DNA of 15,588 nt from Utricularia gibba (Eukaryota; Plantae; Magnoliophyta): positions 1 through 15,588 of the forward strand of contig NEEC01000473.1 in NCBI GenBank assembly GCA_002189035.1, read 5' to 3'. Below the pieces are notes generated by a model. The model searched no databases. It saw only the letters and a program-made list of their open reading frames with translations, and had not been told where the DNA came from. A program made the translations under genes and the position numbers. This document shows, piece after piece, positions 8,801 through 15,588 of the stretch (the stretch's first letter is position 1; every line of letters starts with the position of its first letter).

Positions 8801-11800
8801 AAATCATGTGGGGTGCACGTGACATCTTACTTTAAACAAATGCATCATTATTTTCGTCGACTCGCACCGGTTGGACTCATGAGCCGGACAAACGGGGGCC
8901 GACCAAGTGCCCAGCCGACAAAACGAGAAGCTGTTCCTTGAAAAACCTTGTAGGCAGCCCCGAAAACCGAACGTTAATAAATGCATCACTTTATTTTGCA
9001 AGGCTACAACTAACTTTCGGCCCAAGCCCAACCTGACCATTGTCCCGTTCAGGTGCCCCCAAGACCGCCTCCTCAAGTATAAAGTAAGTTGTTGAAAAAA
9101 TCATGTGGGGTGCACGTGACATCTTACTTTAAACAAACGCATCATTATTTTCGTCGACTCGCACCGGTTGGACTCATGAGCCGGACTGAACGGGGGGCCC
9201 GACCAAGTGCCCAGCGAGAGTAGTCGCCACAAAAACGAGAAGCTGTTCCTTGAAAAACCATGTAGGCAGCCCCTGAAAACCGAACGTTAATAAATGCATC
9301 ACTTTAGTTGCCAGGCTACAACTAACTTTCGGCCCAAGCCAAACCTGACCATTGTCCCGTTCCAGGTGCCCCCAAGACCGCCTCCTCAAGTATAAAGTAA
9401 GTTGTTGAAAAAATCATGTGGGGTGCACGTGACATCTTACTTTAAACAAACGCATCATTATTTTCGTCGACTCGCACCGGTTGGACTCATGAGCCGGACG
9501 AACGGGGCCTGACCAAGTGCCCAGCGAGAGTAGTGCCACAAAACGAGAAGCTGTTCCTTGAAAAACCATGTAGGCAGCCCCTGAAAACCGAACGTTAATA
9601 AATGCATCACTTTAGTTGCCAGGCTACAACTAACTTTCGGCCCAAGCCAAACCTGACCATTGTCCCGTTCAGGTGCCCCCCAAGACCGCCTCCTCAAGTA
9701 TAAAGTAAGTTGTTGAAAAAATCATGTGGGGTGCACGTGACATCTTACTTTAAACAAATGCATCATTATTTTCGTCGACTCGCACCGGTTGGGCTCATGA
9801 GCCGGACCAAACGGAGGGCTTGACCAAGTGCCCAGTTAAAGTGGCCGACACAAAACGAGAAGCTGTTCCTTGAAAAACCTTGTAGGCAGCCCCGAAAACC
9901 GAACGTTAATAAATGCATCACTTTATTTGCAAGGCTACAACTAACTTTCGTCCCAAGCCCAACCTGACCATTGTCCCGTTTCAGGTGCCCCCAAGACCGC
10001 CTCCTCAAGTATAAAGTAAGTTGTTGAAAAAATCATGTGGGGTGCACGTGACATCTTACTTTAAACAAACGCATCATTATTTTCGTCGACTCGCACGGTT
10101 GGGCTCATGAGCCGGACCGAACGCAGCGCCGGACCAAGTGCCCAGCGAGAGTGGCCGCACAAAACGAGAAGCTGTTCCTTGAAAAACCATGTAGGCAGCC
10201 CCTGAAAACCGAACGTTAATAAATGCATCACTTTAGTTGCCAGGCTACAACTAACTTTCGGCCCAAGCCAAACCTGACCATTGTCCCGTTCCAGGTGCCC
10301 CCAAGACCGCCTCCTCAAGTATAAAGTAAGTTGTTGAAAAAATCATGTGGGGTGCACGTGACATCTTACTTTAAACAAACGCATCATTATTTTCGTCGAC
10401 TCGCACCGGTTGGACTCATGAGCCGGACCGAACGGGCGCCGACCAAGTGCCCAGCGAGAGTAGTCGCCACAAAACGAGAAGCTGTTCCTTGAAAAACCAT
10501 GTAGGCAGCCCCTGAAAACCGAACGTTAATAAATGCATCACTTTAGTTGCCAGGCTACAACTAACTTTCGGCCCAAGCCAACCTGACCATTGTCCCGTTC
10601 CAGGTGCCCCCAAGACCGCCTCCTCAAGTATAAAGTAAGTTGTTGAAAAAATCATGTGGGGTGCACGTGACATCTTACTTTAAACAAATGCATCATTATT
10701 TTCGTCGACTCGCACCGGTTGGCTCATGAGCCGGACTGAACGGGGGCCGACCAAGTGCCCAGCGAAAGTGCCGCACAAAACGAGAAGCTGTTCCTTGAAA
10801 AACCTTGTAGGCAGCCCCGAAAACCGAACGTTAATAAATGCATCACTTTATTTGCAAGGCTACAACTAACTTTCGGCCCAAGCCAACCTGACCATTTGTC
10901 CCGTTCAGGTGCCCCCAAGACCGCCTCTCAAGTATAAAGTAAGTTGTTGAAAAAATCATGTGGGGTGCACGTGACATCTTACTTAAACAAACGCATCATT
11001 ATTTTCGTCGACTCGCACCGGTTGGACTCATGAGCCGGACTGAACGGGGGGCCCGACCAAGTGCCTAGCGAGAGTAGTCGCCACAAAAACGAGAAGCTGT
11101 TCCTTGAAAAACCATGTAGGCAGCCCCTGAAAACCGAACGTTAATAAATGCATCACTTTAGTTGCCAGGCTACAACTAACTTTCGGCCAAACCAACCTGA
11201 CCATTGTCCCGTTCAGGTGCCCCCAAGACCGCCTCTCAAGTATAAAGTAAGTTGTTGAAAAAATCATGTGGGGTGCACGTGACATCTTACTTTAAACAAA
11301 TGCATCATTATTTTCGTCGACTCGCACCGGTTGGGCTCATGAGCCGGACGCGGAGGCTTGACCAAGTGCCCAGTTAGTGGCCGACACAAAACGAGAAGCT
11401 GTTCCTTGAAAAACCTTGTAGGCAGCCCGAAAACCGAACGTTAATAAATGCATCACTTTATTTGCAAGGCTACAACTAACTTTCGTCCCAAGCCAACCTG
11501 ACCATTGTCCCGTTCAGGTGCCCCCAAGACCGCCTCCTCAAGTATAAAGTAAGTTGTTGAAAAAATCATGTGGGGTGCACGTGACATCTTACTTTAAACA
11601 AATGCATCATTATTTTCGTCGACTCGCACCCGTTGGACTCATGAGCCGGACCGAACGGCGCCCGACCAAGTGCCCAGCGAGAGTGGCCACAAAACGAGAA
11701 GCTGTTCCTTGAAAAACCATGTAGGCAGCCCCTGAAAACCGAACGTTAATAAATGCATCACTTTAGTTGCCAGGCTACAACTAACTTTCGGCCCAAGCCA

Positions 11801-14800
11801 ACCTGACCATTGTCCCGTTCCAGGTGCCCCCAAGACCGCCTCCTCAAGTATAAAGTAAGTTGTTGAAAAAATCATGTGGGGTGCACGTGACATCTTACTT
11901 TAAACAAATGCATCATTATTTTCGTCGACTCGCACCGGTTGGGCTCATGAGCCGGACCAAACGGAGGGCTTGACCAAGTGCCCAGTTAAAGTGGCCGCAC
12001 ACAAAACGAGAAGCTGTTCCTTGAAAAACCTTGTAGGCAGCCCCGAAAACCGAACGTTAATAAATGCATCACTTTATTTGCAAGGCTACAACTAACTTTC
12101 GGCCCAAGCCAACCTGACCATTGTCCCGTTCAGGTGCCCCCCCAAGACCGCCTCCTCAAGTATAAAGTAAGTTGTTGAAAAAATCATGTGGGGTGCACGT
12201 GACATCTTACTTTAAACAAACGCATCATTATTTTCGTCGACTCGCACCGGTTGGACTCATGAGCCGGACTGAACGGGGGGCCCGACCAAGTGCCCAGCGA
12301 GAGTAGTCGCCACAAAACGAGAAGCTGTTCCTTGAAAAACCATGTAGGCAGCCCCTGAAAACCGAACGTTAATAAATGCATCACTTTAGTTGCCAGGCTA
12401 CAACTAACTTTCGGCCCAAACCAACCTGACCATTGTCCCGTTCCAGGTGCCCCCCAAGACCGCCTCCTCAAGTATAAAGTAAGTTGTTGAAAAAATCATG
12501 TGGGGTGCACGTGACATCTTACTTTAAACAAATGCATCATTATTTTCGTCGACTCGCACCGGTTGGGCTCATGAGCCGGACCAAACGGAGGGCTTGACCA
12601 AGTGCCCAGTTAAAGTGGCCGACACAAAACGAGAAGCTGTTCCTTGAAAAACCTTGTAGGCAGCGCCCGAAAACCGAACGTTAATAAATGCATCACTTTA
12701 TTTGCAAGGCTACAACTAACTTTCGTCCCAAGCCAACCTGACCATTGTCCCGTTCAGGTGCCCCCAAGACCGCCTCCTCAAGTATAAAGTAAGTTGTTGA
12801 AAAAATCATGTGGGGTGCACGTGACATCTTACTTTAAACAAACGCATCATTATTTTCGTCGACTCGTTGGACTCATGAGCCGGACTGAACGGGGGGCCCG
12901 ACCAAGTGCCAGCGAGAGTAGTCGCACAAAACGAGAAGCTGTTCCTTGAAAAACCATGTAGGCAGCCCCTGAAAACCGAACGTTAATAAATGCATCACTT
13001 TAGTTGCCAGGCTACAACTAACTTTCGGCCCAAGCCAACCTGACCATTGTCCCGTTCCAGGTGCCCCCAAGACCGCCTCCTCAAGTATAAAGTAAGTTGT
13101 TGAAAAAATCATGTGGGGTGCACGTGACATCTTACTTTAAACAAATGCATCATTATTTTCGTCGACTCGCACCGGTTGGACTCATGAGCCGGACGAACGG
13201 GGCCCGACCAAGTGCCCAGCGAGAGTAGTCGCCACAAAACGAGAAGCTGTTCCTTGAAAAACCATGTAGGCAGCCCCTGAAAACCGAACGTTAATAAATG
13301 CATCACTTTAGTTGCCAGGCTACAACTAACTTTCGGCCCAAACCTAACCTGACCATTGTCCCGTTCTAGGTGCCCCCAAGACCGCCTCCTCAAGTATAAA
13401 GTAAGTTGTTGAAAAAATCATGTGGGGTGCACGTGACATCTTACTTTAAACAAACGCATCATTATTTTCGTCGACTCGCACGGTTGGACTCATGAGCCGG
13501 ACTGAACGGGGGCCGACCAAGTGCCAGCGAGAGTAGTCGCCACAAAACGAGAAGCTGTTCCTTGAATGTAGGCAGCCCCTGAAAACCGAACGTTAATAAA
13601 TGCATCACTTTAGTTGCCAGGCTACAACTAACTTTCGGCCCAACTGACCATTGTCCCGTTCCGGTGCCCCCAAGACCGCCTCCTCAAGTATAAAGTAAGT
13701 TGTTGAAAAAATCATGTGGGGTGCACGTGACATCTTACTTTAAACAAATGCATCATTATTTTCGTCGACTCGCACCGGTTGGGCTCATGAGCCGGACCAA
13801 ACGGAGGCTTGACCAAGTGCCCAGTTAAAGTGGCCGACACAAAACGAGAAGCTGTTCCTTGAAAAACCTTGTAGGCAGCGCCCGAAAACCGAACGTTAAT
13901 AAATGCATCACTTTATTTGCAAGGCTACAAACTAACTTTCGTCCCAAGCCCAACCTGACCATTGTCCCGTTCAGGTGCCCCCAAGACGCCTCCTCAAGTA
14001 TAAAGTAAGTTGTTGAAAAATCATGTGGGGTGCACGTGACATCTTACTTTAAACAGCATCATTATTTTCGTCGACTCGCACCGGTTGGCTCATGAGCCGG
14101 ACTGAACGGGGGGCCCGACCAAGTGCCCAGCGAGAGTAGTCGCCACAAAACGAGAAGCTGTTCCTTGAAAAACCTAGGCAGCCCCTGAAAGAACGTTAAT
14201 AAATGCATCACTTTAGTTGCCAGGCTACAACTAACTTTCGGCCCAAACCAACCTGACCTTTGTCCCGTTCAGGTGCCCCCAAGACCGCCTCCTCAAGTAT
14301 AAAGTAAGTTGTTGAAAAAATCATGTGGGGTGCACGTGACATCTTACTTTAAACAAACGCATCATTTTTTCGTCGACTCGCAGCCGGTTGGACTCATGAG
14401 CCGGACTGAACGGGGGCCCGACCAAGTGCCTAGCGAGAGTAGTCGCCACAAAACGAGAAGCTGTTCCTTGAAAAACCATGTAGGCAGCCCCTGAAAACCG
14501 AACGTTAATAAATGCATCACTTTAGTTGCCAGGCTACAACTAACTTTCGGCCCAAACCAACCTGACCATTGTCCCGTTAGGTGCCCCAAGACCGCCTCCT
14601 CAAGTATAAAGTAAGTTGTTGAAAAAATCATGTGGGGTGCACGTGACATCTTACTTTAAAAAATGCATCATTATTTTCGTCGACTCGCACCGGTTGGGCT
14701 CATGAGCCGGACCAAACGGAGGCTTGACCAAGTGCCCAGCAAAGTGGCCGCACAAAACGAGAAGCTGTTCCTTGAAAAACCTTGTAGGCAGCCCCGAAAA

Positions 14801-15588
14801 CCGAACGTTAATAAATGCATCACTTTATTTGCAAGGCTACAACTAACTTTCGTCCCAAGCCCAACCTGACCATTGTCCCGTTTCAGGTGCCCCCAAGACC
14901 GCCTCCTCAAGTATAAAGTAAGTTGTTGAAAAAATCATGTGGGGTGCACGTGACATCTTACTTTAAACAAACGCATCATTATTTTCGTCGACTCGCACCG
15001 GTTGGGCTCATGAGCCGGACCGAACGCAGCGCCCGACCAAGTGCCCAGTGAGAGTGGCGCACAAAACGAGAAGCTGTTCCTTTAAAAAACCATGTAGGCA
15101 GCCCTGAAAACCGAACGTTAATAAATGCATCACTTTAGTTGCCAGGCTACAACTAACTTTCGGCCCAAACCAACCTGACCATTGTCCCGTTCCAGGTGCC
15201 CCCCAAGACCGCCTCCTCAAGTATAAAGTAAGTTGTTGAAAAATCATGTGGGGTGCACGTGACATCTTACTTTAAACAAATGCATCATTATTTTCGTCGA
15301 CTCGCACCGGTTGGGCTCATGAGCCGGACCAAACGGAGGGCTTGACCAAGTGCCCAGTTAAAGTGGCCGACACAAAACGAGAAGCTGTTCCTTGAAAAAC
15401 CTTGTAGGCAGCCCCTGAAAACCGAACGTTAATAAATGCATCACTTTATTTGCAGGCTACAACTAACTTTCGGCCCAAGCCAACCTGACCATTGTCGTTT
15501 CAGGTGCCCCCCAAGACCGCCTCCTCAAGTATAAAGTAAGTTGTTGAAAAAATCATGTGGGGTGCACGTGACATCTTACTTTAAACAA

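Larger units (their letters stand above)
1..15588 (+). repeat. Tandem (satellite-type) array of a ~308-bp monomer; 50 full copies plus one partial
   Basis: The anchor AAACGAGAAG starts at 1, 313, 616, 924, 1231, 1539, 1838, 2148, 2453, 2764, 3072, 3382, 3688, 4000, 4309, 4620, 4927, 5231, 5540, 5849, 6158, 6465, 6774, 7082, 7391, 7700, 8005, 8312, 8623, 8921, 9233, 9541, 9853, 10162, 10472, 10778, 11087, 11389, 11692, 12004, 12315, 12627, 12929, 13237, 13545, 13842, 14148, 14451, 14755, 15064 and 15375. All copies are in the same orientation with no intervening sequence. Positions were counted by hand. Confidence 0.99.

Noticed and set aside
462-15265. The many 60-109 aa ORFs, including the recurring peptide PKVSCSLATKVMHLLTFGFQGLPTWFFKEQLLVL
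   Set aside because: They recur only because the DNA repeats. All three plus frames stop at 161 (TAA), 166 (TAA) and 174 (TGA). All three minus frames stop at 226-228, 210-212 and 182-184. Starts and ends vary with indels, and I recognise no domain.
1-15588. CRISPR-like layout (constant part plus variable part)
   Set aside because: The constant part is ~240 bp, far beyond CRISPR repeat size. The variable block has only about four recurring, mutually alignable alleles rather than unique spacers, and no cas genes are present.
1-15588. Rolling-circle concatemer of a single ~308-nt circle (viroid-like, eccDNA or library artefact)
   Set aside because: Copies of one template should differ only by random error, but several linked haplotypes and mosaics are interleaved here. 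It is not formally excluded for a multi-monomer circle, though I saw no exact higher period.

Overview
The whole window is one uninterrupted head-to-tail tandem array, running off both ends. It holds 50 complete monomers of 297-312 bp (mean ~307.5 bp) plus a 214-bp partial copy. I see no unique DNA, genes, RNA genes or transposon. All listed ORFs are by-products of the repeat, because each monomer has stop codons in all six frames. The array has structure at three scales: (1) each monomer looks like an old dimer of two diverged ~155-bp halves; (2) monomers fall into a few haplotypes with linked diagnostic bases, plus mosaics between them; (3) one haplotype tends to recur every second monomer (~617 bp). 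Many polymorphisms are C>T/G>A changes in CG and CHG contexts. A nearly invariant ~75-bp core carries a 16-bp inverted repeat and a GTCACGTG motif. Best interpretation (inference): a eukaryotic satellite DNA, possibly plant and centromeric/pericentromeric, read at long-read accuracy (many homopolymer indels). I cannot name the family or host, and nothing here supports a protein-coding system.
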